DNA from: Thiotrichaceae bacterium
GTDB taxonomy: Bacteria; Pseudomonadota; Gammaproteobacteria; Thiotrichales; Thiotrichaceae
Length of the DNA: 64,000 bases
Assembly: GCA_026988095.1 (NCBI GenBank)
Contig: JALSLX010000001.1
Coordinates: 2,480-66,479 of the forward strand
Direction: 5' to 3'
A model generated the notes under the pieces. That model did not search any database, was not told the DNA's origin, and saw only the letters and a program-made list of their open reading frames with translations. Below, piece by piece: positions 53,411 through 63,228 of this stretch; positions within the stretch are counted from its first letter, which is position 1; every line of letters begins with the position of its first letter. Position numbers and translations under genes: made by a program.

Positions 53411-54226
53411 ATGCTCCAACTAAAAAATCTCGGAAAACGCTATAAAACAGGGGATGATGCACTTAAAGGCGTTAATCTTGAAATACCCGATGGTCAACTT
53501 GTTGGCCTCATTGGCCCATCAGGTGCAGGTAAAAGCACGTTAATACGCTGTGTTAATCGCTTGGTTGAACCAACTACAGGGACTGTAACGCTAAATAACA
53601 TCGAAGTTACCTCACTTTCTGCTGGAGGCTTGCGCAAAGAGCGACGAAAAATGGGCATGATTTTTCAAGAATATGCGCTAGTCGATAGACTAACCATTAT
53701 GGAAAACGTCATGTCTGGTCGTTTAGGCTATATGGGCTTCTGGAAAAGCTTTTTCCGTAAATACCCGCAAGCTGATATTGATGAAGCCTTTCGGTTGTTA
53801 GAACGCGTAGGGCTAGATCACATGGTAGACAAGCGTGCAGATGAATTATCAGGCGGGCAAAAGCAACGCGTAGGTATCGCTCGTGCATTAATTCAAGACC
53901 CTGAAGTTATTTTGATTGATGAACCAACCGCTTCGCTTGACCCAAAAACATCACGCCAGATTATGCGACTGATTTCGGAGCTATGCCGAGAAAGAAACCT
54001 ATCTGCTATCGTTAATATTCACGATGTTGCACTCGCTCAAATGTTTGTTGAGCGTATCGTTGGCTTACAGATGGGGGAGATTGTATTTGATGGCGCTCCT
54101 GATGAACTAACACCCGACGTACTCACAAAAATTTATGGAGAAGAAGATTGGGAGGCAACGATAGACGAAGTCGATGAGGATGAAGACATCACAATTGATG
54201 AAAAGAGTGTCGAGGCTAGCATATGA
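53411..54226 (+). CDS. phnC: Phosphonate-type ABC ATPase
   Basis: [27 protein letters not shown]. Confidence 0.92.
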   Translation: MLQLKNLGKRYKTGDDALKGVNLEIPDGQLVGLIGPSGAGKSTLIRCVNRLVEPTTGTVTLNNIEVTSLSAGGLRKERRKMGMIFQEYALVDRLTIMENVMSGRLGYMGFWKSFFRKYPQADIDEAFRLLERVGLDHMVDKRADELSGGQKQRVGIARALIQDPEVILIDEPTASLDPKTSRQIMRLISELCRERNLSAIVNIHDVALAQMFVERIVGLQMGEIVFDGAPDELTPDVLTKIYGEEDWEATIDEVDEDEDITIDEKSVEASI

Positions 54227-55041
54227 ATGCAGCAATAACGTCTGGTAACGAAAAGTCTCGTCGCTGGAAGCGCCCTCCTCTCATACAAGATACTAAATGG
54301 CGCTATGGATTACTCATTTTAGCTATCGCTTATTTTATTGCTGCATCTTTTTCTTACGATGTTAACTGGTCTCGCGTTTATGAAGGGCTTGATCGCGGTT
54401 GGGAGTTTATAAAATCCTTCGCTAACCCTGATTTTAAAACACGCTGGTCGGATATTTCAGAAGGAATCTGGGAAAGTATTGTCATCACTGTGACCTCAAC
54501 GGTTGTAGGGATTATTCTCGCGATTCCCCTTGCTTTGGGCGCTGCCAGTAACTTAGCACCCAAAATCATCTATTATATTTGTAGGGGCATCATCGCTGTT
54601 AACCGAGCATTGCATGAGATCATTGTTGCCATTTTAATGGTTGCCATTTTTGGTTTTGGGCCACTTGCTGGCTTTATTACATTGACATTATCCACCATAG
54701 GTTTTATCGCCAAACTCCTAGCTGAAGACATCGAAAATATCAGTAAACCTCAAGCAGAAGCAGTGAAATCGACAGGCTCTGGCTGGTGGCAATGGATTAA
54801 CTACGCCATTCAACCCCAAGTTATGCCACGCTTAATTGGCTTATCTATCTACCGTGTTGATATAAATTTTAGGAGTTCCTCCATTCTCGGTTTAGTGGGT
54901 GCGGGTGGAGTAGGCGCTACATTAAATACCGCATTTGATCGCTATGAATTTGATACTGCAGCCGCGATCATCATTATCATCATCGCCATTGTGATGGTGC
55001 TTGAATATGTTTCGGGCTTCATCAGAGCAAGAGTACAGTAG
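54223..55041 (+). CDS. phnE: Phosphonate-type ABC permease (1)
   Basis: [34 protein letters not shown]. Confidence 0.92.
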   Translation: MNAAITSGNEKSRRWKRPPLIQDTKWRYGLLILAIAYFIAASFSYDVNWSRVYEGLDRGWEFIKSFANPDFKTRWSDISEGIWESIVITVTSTVVGIILAIPLALGAASNLAPKIIYYICRGIIAVNRALHEIIVAILMVAIFGFGPLAGFITLTLSTIGFIAKLLAEDIENISKPQAEAVKSTGSGWWQWINYAIQPQVMPRLIGLSIYRVDINFRSSSILGLVGAGGVGATLNTAFDRYEFDTAAAIIIIIIAIVMVLEYVSGFIRARVQ

Positions 55042-55064
55042 ATTTAAAAAAGGAAAATAAGGAT

Positions 55065-55880
55065 ATGCCAGTAACAACAAAAGGTGATTTAAAAGTATGG
55101 CAACGCCGTGATCGAGCCAAACAATTTAAAATTTGGTTTGCATGGTTAATCGGTGTGGCAATTTTTATGTTCTGCTGGGAAATCATTTCCGATAAGACCA
55201 CCTGGTTTTTTGTTTTTGATGCTCCCCGCATAGCCGCAGATATTGGTGGGCGTGCATGGCCACCTCGTTGGAGCTATCTATCAGAGTTATGGAAGCCCAT
55301 GTGGGACACTATAAATATTGCCACCCTTGGCACACTATTGGCAATAATCATGGGCGTACCCGTTGCTTTCTTAGCCGCAACAAACACCACACCTAGCAAA
55401 CGTTTTTTACGCCCACTGGCTTTATTAATCATTGTCTCAACGCGCTCAATCAACTCATTAGTTTGGGCATTACTGTTAGTGTCTATTATTGGACCAGGCA
55501 TCTTTGCAGGCACTTTAGCCATCGCCATTCGATCCATAGGCTTTGTTGCAAAGTTATTATACGAGGCGATTGAAGAGACAGACATCAATCAAATTGAAGC
55601 GATTCAAGCAACAGGTGCGAGTAAATTACAAGTAATAGCCTACGGTATTGTTCCTCAAATCATGCCTGCTTTTGCGGGTTTGAGCGTATTTCGTTGGGAT
55701 ATTAATATTCGCGAGTCAACCATCTTAGGTTTAGTCGGTGCTGGAGGTATTGGTCTGTATTTATCCTCATCATTAAACATACTAGCGTGGCCACAAGTGG
55801 CTGTTATTTTAATTATGATCTTAGTAGCTGTTGTTATCAGTGAGTGGGTATCATCTAAAGTTAGATTGGCGATAATATAA
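55065..55880 (+). CDS. phnE: Phosphonate-type ABC permease (2)
   Basis: [31 protein letters not shown]. Confidence 0.92.
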   Translation: MPVTTKGDLKVWQRRDRAKQFKIWFAWLIGVAIFMFCWEIISDKTTWFFVFDAPRIAADIGGRAWPPRWSYLSELWKPMWDTINIATLGTLLAIIMGVPVAFLAATNTTPSKRFLRPLALLIIVSTRSINSLVWALLLVSIIGPGIFAGTLAIAIRSIGFVAKLLYEAIEETDINQIEAIQATGASKLQVIAYGIVPQIMPAFAGLSVFRWDINIRESTILGLVGAGGIGLYLSSSLNILAWPQVAVILIMILVAVVISEWVSSKVRLAII

Positions 55881-55912
55881 TGTATACCCTCATGAAAAAC
55901 CTCACCTAATTA

Positions 55913-55977
55913 CCCACCCCCCCTGTTTTTCGATGATTTGTATTTATTACAAATCATCGAAAAACAGGGGGGGTGGG
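55913..55977. repeat. Family-1 element, perfect doublet (5-bp spacer)
   Basis: CCCACCCCCCCTGTTTTTCGATGATTTGTA-TTTAT-TACAAATCATCGAAAAACAGGGGGGGTGGG; pairing extends 4 bp further (ATTA/TAAT). Confidence 0.97.
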
Positions 55978-56686
55978 TAATAAAAAACACAAAAAAATCA
56001 CTAAATTATCCAATATACTCATCCAAATAAACCTAAAAGCAATACTCTTTGATCACGACGGTACTCTTGTTGACTCAGAAGGCACTCATTTCCAGCTTTG
56101 GGAGGCTGTTTTAGATAAATACAAGGTGAAACTATCAGAACAAGACTATAAAGACTTCCATTCAGGTACTCCTACACCCAAAAACGCTGAGATACTGGTA
56201 GAAAAATATAAGCTCAAAATCGTACCACAGGTATTAGCTGAAGAAAAAGAGAAAATAACACACACGTTTTTAGCCCATAACACTTTTTCATTAATGCCTG
56301 ACTCATTAGCTACCATTCAACACTTTCATAAAATGGGGTTAAAGCTAGGTGTAGTAACTGGCGCTGGGCGTTTTGGCGTGAACTCAACACTACAAGACCA
56401 TAAACTAGAAAAATATTTTGATGTGATTACTACAGGCAAAGATGTTACTAACAGTAAACCTGACCCTGCCGTCTACTTATTGGCAATGAAACTCCTTGGA
56501 GTAAAATCCAATGAATGTATCGCTATTGAAGATACTGAAAACGGAATTCGCTCTGCTATAGCTGCTGGGCTTATTTGTTGCGCTGTAAAAAATGATTACT
56601 CATCAAGGCATGATTTATCGATTGCTACCGCTGTTTTTAACAACATAGGAGAAGCCAAAAACTGGATAATTAATAACACTTCTTGA
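55973..56686 (+). CDS. HAD-IA family phosphatase (start uncertain)
   Basis: FDHDGTLVDSE DxD motif, VVTG, SKPDPAVY, IEDTENG. The only canonical start (GTG 55973) is inside the repeat. Confidence 0.8.
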   Translation: MGNKKHKKITKLSNILIQINLKAILFDHDGTLVDSEGTHFQLWEAVLDKYKVKLSEQDYKDFHSGTPTPKNAEILVEKYKLKIVPQVLAEEKEKITHTFLAHNTFSLMPDSLATIQHFHKMGLKLGVVTGAGRFGVNSTLQDHKLEKYFDVITTGKDVTNSKPDPAVYLLAMKLLGVKSNECIAIEDTENGIRSAIAAGLICCAVKNDYSSRHDLSIATAVFNNIGEAKNWIINNTS

Positions 56687-56756
56687 CCTATATCTAATGC
56701 AACTTCTGAAATAACTCCTATATTAATAGTAACAACAGTCTTTTAAGGAGTTAAAA

Positions 56757-57386
56757 ATGGATACCAAAACAGTCCAAGAGAAGCTTCAAAGTGCTTATAA
56801 CAGTATGCTTGAACATGTTGAAGAGCTAGTCGATAAAGATAAAAAACCTCTCAAAGAAGCGTTTGAAGAAGCCGAGGAAAAACTCAGCGAATGGCGGGAG
56901 CTAAGTCGTGAAGAAGTCTCCAATATTAGTGAAGAGCTAAAATCTAATCTATCTGATGTCGGCGAAGCCAGTCACAAGCTTAACGAAAGTCTTAAAGAAA
57001 CATTGTCTTTTGATGCCAGTTATTTAGCCAGCAGTGTATGGAATAGCTTATCCAAAGTGGCGGATAAAACTATTGTGGAATTATCTGAACTTGGTGAATC
57101 TCTACGCAGGCATACGGTAACAGATGCTTCTAACTATTCAGATCAGCAACAAGTATGGCTTAAAGATGCCGAGCTATGGCATGAAAATTATGGAGAAGCT
57201 CTTAAACAATTAGATAGTATTAGAGCGGATGTTAAAAAAAAGATCCGACAAACAAATGCCTATAGTAAATCCGTTACAAATGATAACGCTGACCAGTCAC
57301 GACATGATTTATTATCACAAGAAAACCAAGAAGTAACTCAATCAGTTAATAATATTTTTCATCAATACTTTGGAGAGAAATCATGA
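56757..57386 (+). CDS. Helical protein resembling the N-terminus of DUF1451 zinc-ribbon proteins, but Cys-free
   Basis: KLQSAYNSML, ELSREE, VADKT pattern; no CxxC. Confidence 0.6.
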   Translation: MDTKTVQEKLQSAYNSMLEHVEELVDKDKKPLKEAFEEAEEKLSEWRELSREEVSNISEELKSNLSDVGEASHKLNESLKETLSFDASYLASSVWNSLSKVADKTIVELSELGESLRRHTVTDASNYSDQQQVWLKDAELWHENYGEALKQLDSIRADVKKKIRQTNAYSKSVTNDNADQSRHDLLSQENQEVTQSVNNIFHQYFGEKS

Positions 57387-58219
57387 TTACTGAAATCCCC
57401 ATAAATGAATCACACGTGTTTGCTTTTAAGGTTACAGGTAAGCTTGAGGAAAATGACTACAAGATTTTTAGACCTAAACTCGAGCAATTATTTAAAGAAG
57501 TAGGTCGTCCCCTATCTTTACTGATCAAACTAGAAAATTTTGAAGGGTGGACAGCTAAAGCCGCATGGGAAGATCTAAAGTTAGGCTTCACCCATTATGA
57601 TGACTTCTTACGAATAGCCATTGTTGGTGAAACACTTTGGGAAAAGTTGATTAGTGGCTTCGGTGATTTATTTACAGAAGCCGAAGTCCAATACTTTGAA
57701 GATGAAGCCTTAGCGCTTGATTGGATCATAGAGGTTCAAAATAAAGCAGAGCAAGATGAATATATGGGTTATAGACATATTTTAGTCACCACTGACTTTT
57801 CAAAATATGCAAAATTTGGGCTTAGAAAAGCGCTTGAACTAGCAAAACCTTTTGATGCTAAAATTACTCTTATGCATGCCGCTGAGGTATTCTCATCCGA
57901 CATATACCCTGCTATTGGAGAATTAGCCGTACCTGTAATGGTAGATAACCCAGAACAAGAAAAGAAACACATTGAGCGAATAGAAAAAAAGCTTTCTGAC
58001 TTATTAAAAGACTTGGGATATGAGAAAAATCGTATCAAACTAGTAACAGTTATTGGGCATCCAGTTGATTCAATTATTGATTATGCCTTAAAGCACGATA
58101 ATGATTTAATCGTAATGGGCTCTCATGGTAGAAGAGGCCTAGCAAGGTTGTTAGGCTCATCTACCAATGGTGTCATTAATAATGCACCTTGTGATGTTTT
58201 AACTGTAGTGAATAAGTAG
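57383..58219 (+). CDS. STAS/SEC14 (SpoIIAA-like) + universal stress protein fusion
   Basis: GKLEENDY...AAWEDLKLG...RIAIVG N-domain; ILVTTDFS...IVMGSHGRRG...APCDVL USP domain. Confidence 0.85.
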   Translation: MITEIPINESHVFAFKVTGKLEENDYKIFRPKLEQLFKEVGRPLSLLIKLENFEGWTAKAAWEDLKLGFTHYDDFLRIAIVGETLWEKLISGFGDLFTEAEVQYFEDEALALDWIIEVQNKAEQDEYMGYRHILVTTDFSKYAKFGLRKALELAKPFDAKITLMHAAEVFSSDIYPAIGELAVPVMVDNPEQEKKHIERIEKKLSDLLKDLGYEKNRIKLVTVIGHPVDSIIDYALKHDNDLIVMGSHGRRGLARLLGSSTNGVINNAPCDVLTVVNK

Positions 58220-58232
58220 TCTGATTTACAAT

Positions 58233-58880
58233 TTACAGAGTTGCCTTATCTGCCTTTAATTGTAATAAACCTACACCTATTAACACAAACAAACTGCCTG
58301 ATGTTCGGTTAAACCATTTGACCCTCTGCCCTATCGAGAGCCACCGTTTGGCTTTTTTCGCCAGTAAACCGTAACTGACAAGCGTCACAAAAGAGATTGC
58401 CATAAACGTGAACGTCATGATTAAAAACTGTGGCACGAGTGCTTGCTGTGTATTGATAAATTGAGGAAACAATGCCGTGAAAAACAAAATGGCTTTTGGA
58501 TTTGTCATGGCGATTAAAAAGCCTTCTATAAAGAATCTGTTATTACTTTTTGTTTGCTCTATAGCAGGCTTATTTTCAGTATCAGAAAAAAAGTTTGTTT
58601 TAGAACTCCATTGGCGAACGCCCAGATAAACTAAATAGCCAGCTCCAATTACTTTAATAACCAAAAATAAAGTGGTTGAAGTTTTGAGTATCGCACCCAA
58701 ACCAAATATTGCGGCTGTTGATAAAATCAACAAGCCACAAATATTACCAAACGATGAAAGTACAACTCTGCTTATACCAAAGCGAATGCTATTAGAAATG
58801 GATAATAAAATAGCAGGCCCGGGGCTTATCACGGCGACTATAGCAACTGCCATATAAAGCAACCATGTTGTAAATTCCAT
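58233..58880 (-). CDS. LysE/RhtB family translocator
   Basis: ISPGPA, GAGYLVYLG, NPKAILFF. Confidence 0.93.
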   Translation of the reverse strand: MEFTTWLLYMAVAIVAVISPGPAILLSISNSIRFGISRVVLSSFGNICGLLILSTAAIFGLGAILKTSTTLFLVIKVIGAGYLVYLGVRQWSSKTNFFSDTENKPAIEQTKSNNRFFIEGFLIAMTNPKAILFFTALFPQFINTQQALVPQFLIMTFTFMAISFVTLVSYGLLAKKAKRWLSIGQRVKWFNRTSGSLFVLIGVGLLQLKADKATL

Positions 58881-58912
58881 ATCTAGTCCTTAACTTTCTA
58901 CACCTACCCTAT

Positions 58913-59338
58913 CTAACGAACAATCATGACAGAACAACCTGCTCTATCACTGATAACTGTACCCGTTGCACCAAGTAATCGCTGACTTCTACGAGACTTC
59001 TTGCGGCGACAACCCATCATCACAAGATCGGGGCTAAAATCTTCTATCGCCTTTAAGATTGCTGTTCTTCGCTTGCCTTGGGTTAGTTTACATTCAACTG
59101 AAACTGAAAAACTTTTTTCAGCAAGATCTGTCAATTTTTGCTTCATTTCAGATTTTAGCTTCTCTTGCGCGCCCTCTGGAAAATAACTGGCAACCATTGG
59201 CATTCCATAGTCTGGAATAACAGTAACTAATCTCACTTCACTGCCATACTTTTGCGCCAAATCATTAGCCGTTTTACAGAGTTTTTCTGTCGTATTTTCT
59301 GTTGATAAATCAACAGGTACTAGAATTTTACTAAACAT
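58913..59338 (-). CDS. Universal stress protein (TAXI-TRAP associated)
   Basis: ILVPVDLS, DLVMMG, LLGATG...CSVMIVR. Confidence 0.9.
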   Translation of the reverse strand: MFSKILVPVDLSTENTTEKLCKTANDLAQKYGSEVRLVTVIPDYGMPMVASYFPEGAQEKLKSEMKQKLTDLAEKSFSVSVECKLTQGKRRTAILKAIEDFSPDLVMMGCRRKKSRRSQRLLGATGTVISDRAGCSVMIVR

Positions 59339-61940
59339 GCTTTACCTCCAACTTTTCTTTTCTCACACGACCTCTTTGTGAGAAGAAAACCATTGCCAAT
59401 AAACCACCCGCTAGAAGATATAACCATTGCTTGGCAGGTCGCTCAGTATTTTCTATTTTCACGCTGGCAATTTCCCAATCAAAATCGAGTTTTTGCTTTT
59501 CAGCTACGCCACCAAAGACCAAGTTATCAATAATTAACTTACCGTCTTCTTCTTTTAACTCCAAACCTGCCGCATCTTTAAGTCTTGCTACACCATCGCC
59601 TAATGATTTATCACCTACAGGAAGCATTACCACTTTATCAATCGCTCGGCCTTCTAAGGTTTCACCTTTTACCTGAACACGTATTTGAGCTTTATCAGGT
59701 AAATCACCTGCAATCTGGAAGATTTGAGCTGCTGGCACTTCTGTCAGCGGTGGATAAAATCTATCCATAATAAAGCCAGGTCTAAAGAATAAGAATGTCA
59801 CCAAGAGCAATGCGATAGTTTCCCATAACCTATTCCTAGTTAAGAACCAGCCTTGCGTGGCGGCGGCAAACATCAGCATCGCAATGGTTGCGGTAATTAT
59901 CACCATGGCTAAATGCACTGGTCCCGTTATACCTATTAATAATAATTCAGTATTGAAAATAAACATGAACGGTAGAATGCCCGTACGAATATCATACATA
60001 AACCCTTGGATACCCGTTTTGATAGGATCACCACCTGATATTGCAGCCGCGGCATAAGCCGCTAACCCCACGGGCGGGGTATCATCCGCCAGTATCCCAA
60101 AGTAGAACACGAATAAATGTACCGCAATTAATGGAACGATAAGCCCTGACTGCGCGCCCAAACTAACGATAACAGGTGCCATTAATGATGAAACCACGAT
60201 GTAGTTTGCTGTGGTTGGCAACCCCATACCTAGCAATAAACTAATACCTGCTGTAAGTATCAACATAACAATTAAGTTACCGCCTGAAATAAATTCAACA
60301 ACCTCAGCTAATATCAAGCCAACACCTGATAAGGTTACCGCACCAATGATTAAACCTGCCGCTGCTGTCGCGATACCAATACCAATCATATTACGTGCGC
60401 CAGCTACCATGCCTTCCTGAAAGTCATTCCAACCATCTGACAAATATTGAGCAGGATTGGTTTCACCGCGCATCATACTTTTAAGGTATTTATGCGTAAG
60501 CAATACAAAAATCATTGCCATAGACGCCCAAAATGCCGATAACGGTGGCGAGAAGCGCTCAACCATTAAGAACCAAATCAACACAACTACAGGCAATAAG
60601 AAATACAAGCCAGATTTAACGACAGGACCTGCTTCTGGTAACTCTGTAATATCTTCACTCTTTTGTAAGTCAGGATATTTAACGGCAAGTTTTAACAATA
60701 AGAAGTAAGCGACAACAAAGATTACACCTGCTATCCAAGGAGTAGCGTCACCTGCTGCTACTTTTAGCCAGCCAAAGCCATATTTCATGGCCATTGATAG
60801 CACTAAAATAATGACGATTACCGTTAGGAAGCTGAACATTTTTTGCAGTAGTGTTGATGAATACTTAGAAGGCATTCCTTCTAGTCCTAACTTACAAGAC
60901 TCTAGATAAACTATATACCCCAACGCAAAGTATGAAATCAATGCGGGTAAGATTGCGTGTTGTACAACCTCTAAATACGAGATACCAACAAACTCAATCA
61001 TTAAGAATGCCGCAGCGCCCATAACGGGAGGCGTGAGCTGACCATTCGTTGATGAAGCAACTTCAACAGCGCCTGCTTTTTCTGCTGAGAAACCAACACG
61101 TTTCATAAGCGGAATGGTAAACGTACCCGTGGTTACAACATTTGAGATTGATGATCCTGAAATTAAACCCGTTAATGCTGATGAAACAACCGCCGCGATT
61201 CCTGGACCACCTTTAAATTTACCTAAAAGGCTAAATGCTACCAAGATAAAGTAATTACCTGCTCCTGCCCTTTCAAGTAATGAACCAAATAATACAAAGA
61301 GGAAAACCATGCCTGTAGACACGCCCAAAGCAACACCAAAAACACCTTCTTGTGTAATCCAAAAATGACTCATTGCTCGCTGGAAAGAAGCCCCTTTCCA
61401 GGCCATTACATCAGGCGCTAGATGACCAAAGAATACATACGCCAAGAATATCATCGCAATAATCATTAATGGTGGACCAAGCGCACGACGTGCAGCTTCT
61501 AGTACTAATATAATACCAATACCTGACACTATTAGATCGAGTGTTGAAGGTAATCCCGCACGATCAGCTAATTCTCTAGCAAACACCCACAAATACAACG
61601 TAACCGCAATCGCGACAATCGCCATAACCCAATCCTGTATGGGGATTCGATCACGCGGTGATCCTTTAAGTGCTGGGTAAGCAAGAAAGCCTAAGAACAT
61701 GGCGAAAGCCAAATGAATTGATCGTGTTCCCGTATTGTTTAACACCGGAATAATATCGGGAATCATGTAAGGAAAAGGAGAAGCTATCCATAATTGAAAG
61801 AGTGACCATGCAAAGGCTACCCATAACATTAATTTACCGACGCCACCTTCTGGGCTTCTTGCACCTGTATCGTTTTCGGCGATCATTTCCTGTAATTTTG
61901 AATCATCAATCTCAAAATCATCTGCTTTACTTTCAGCCAT
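59331..61940 (-). CDS. TRAP transporter fused 4TM/12TM permease (TAXI type)
   Basis: FVLFGSLLERAGAG, NVVTTGTFTIP, GMGLPTTANY, DDTPPVGLA. Confidence 0.93.
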   Translation of the reverse strand: MAESKADDFEIDDSKLQEMIAENDTGARSPEGGVGKLMLWVAFAWSLFQLWIASPFPYMIPDIIPVLNNTGTRSIHLAFAMFLGFLAYPALKGSPRDRIPIQDWVMAIVAIAVTLYLWVFARELADRAGLPSTLDLIVSGIGIILVLEAARRALGPPLMIIAMIFLAYVFFGHLAPDVMAWKGASFQRAMSHFWITQEGVFGVALGVSTGMVFLFVLFGSLLERAGAGNYFILVAFSLLGKFKGGPGIAAVVSSALTGLISGSSISNVVTTGTFTIPLMKRVGFSAEKAGAVEVASSTNGQLTPPVMGAAAFLMIEFVGISYLEVVQHAILPALISYFALGYIVYLESCKLGLEGMPSKYSSTLLQKMFSFLTVIVIILVLSMAMKYGFGWLKVAAGDATPWIAGVIFVVAYFLLLKLAVKYPDLQKSEDITELPEAGPVVKSGLYFLLPVVVLIWFLMVERFSPPLSAFWASMAMIFVLLTHKYLKSMMRGETNPAQYLSDGWNDFQEGMVAGARNMIGIGIATAAAGLIIGAVTLSGVGLILAEVVEFISGGNLIVMLILTAGISLLLGMGLPTTANYIVVSSLMAPVIVSLGAQSGLIVPLIAVHLFVFYFGILADDTPPVGLAAYAAAAISGGDPIKTGIQGFMYDIRTGILPFMFIFNTELLLIGITGPVHLAMVIITATIAMLMFAAATQGWFLTRNRLWETIALLLVTFLFFRPGFIMDRFYPPLTEVPAAQIFQIAGDLPDKAQIRVQVKGETLEGRAIDKVVMLPVGDKSLGDGVARLKDAAGLELKEEDGKLIIDNLVFGGVAEKQKLDFDWEIASVKIENTERPAKQWLYLLAGGLLAMVFFSQRGRVRKEKLEVKHV

Positions 61941-62043
61941 GCTATCTCCTTATAAATATTATTTGGGTGAATCTCCGCTCACCTTCTTATGCTTTCTTAG
62001 TAAAAAAGCATAAGAAGAAAAGCAATTCGTTTTTACTAAATAA

Positions 62044-62073
62044 AAAAAAGCGAGGCAAACGCCTCGCTTTTTT
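62044..62073 (-). terminator. Intrinsic terminator after TAXI gene
   Basis: AAAAAAGCGAGGC-AAAC-GCCTCGCTTTTTT. Confidence 0.8.
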
Positions 62074-62084
62074 CAACAGTAAGA

Positions 62085-63065
62085 TTACTTAATCAAACCC
62101 GCTTCTTTGTAGTACTTAGCTGCGCCTGCGTGTAACGGAGCAGAAAGAGAAGCTGAAACCATCTCAGTTTTCTTTAAGTTTTTAAATGCAGGGTGAAGCT
62201 TCTTGAAATCATCAAAGTTTTCAAATACTGCTTTAACCACTTCGTAAATTACCTTCTCAGGTACTTTTGCAGAAGATACGAATGTTGCACCCACACCCAT
62301 TGTCTTTGCCGCTTCTGGGTTACCTGTGTACATGCCTGCTGGTACTGAGGCATAACGGTAGTAAGAGTTATCACCAACTAACTTATCAACGGCAGGGCCA
62401 TGAATATCAGCAATTTTTGCATCACAAGTTGTTGTTGTTTCTTTGATTAAGCCAGCTGGATGACCCACAAGAATAAAGTAAGCATCAATTTTGTTATCAC
62501 AAAGTGCCTGACCCATTTCTGATGATTTAAGCTCAGAAGCTAATTTAAGATCTTTACGACTCATACCGAATGCTTTTTCGATAACATCATAAGTTGCAAC
62601 TGTACCTGAGCCTGGCTGACCTACGTTTACACGCTTACCTTTGAGGTCACCAAAGTTTTTGATACCTGAATCCGCACGAACAACTAATGTTGCTGGCTCG
62701 GCATGTACTGAAAATACCGCACGAAGGTCTTTAAATGCACCAGCATCTTTAAACTTAGACGTACCATTATAAGCATGGAACTGCCAATCAGATTGGGCAA
62801 CACCCATTTCTAACTCGCCTGAGCGAATAGCATTAATATTAAAGACTGAGCCACCTGTTGACTCTACTGAACAACGAATACCAGTCTTCTTACGGTTTTT
62901 ATTAACCAAACGACAAATTGCGCCACCTGTTGGGTAATAAACACCTGTAACTCCACCTGTTCCGATTGATACATACGTTGTCTCTGCAGCCATTGCTGGT
63001 GTAGAAAGAGTTGCGCTCAGTAACAAACCTGCTGTTGCTAGTGCTGTTGTAATTTGTTTTTTCAT
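62085..63065 (-). CDS. TAXI family TRAP solute-binding protein
   Basis: [37 protein letters not shown]. Confidence 0.95.
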   Translation of the reverse strand: MKKQITTALATAGLLLSATLSTPAMAAETTYVSIGTGGVTGVYYPTGGAICRLVNKNRKKTGIRCSVESTGGSVFNINAIRSGELEMGVAQSDWQFHAYNGTSKFKDAGAFKDLRAVFSVHAEPATLVVRADSGIKNFGDLKGKRVNVGQPGSGTVATYDVIEKAFGMSRKDLKLASELKSSEMGQALCDNKIDAYFILVGHPAGLIKETTTTCDAKIADIHGPAVDKLVGDNSYYRYASVPAGMYTGNPEAAKTMGVGATFVSSAKVPEKVIYEVVKAVFENFDDFKKLHPAFKNLKKTEMVSASLSAPLHAGAAKYYKEAGLIK

Positions 63066-63228
63066 TGTTATACATTCCTCCGAGGATTAATAAAAGCTGT
63101 AAGAACAAATGTTCTTCCATGAACGCTTTATAGAAGAGCTTCACTGATTCTGCAAGTTTTATATTTTTAGATTTTTTATACAAAAAGAATAATGATTAAC
63201 AACAGACTAAAAACTCTGGCTTCAACTA

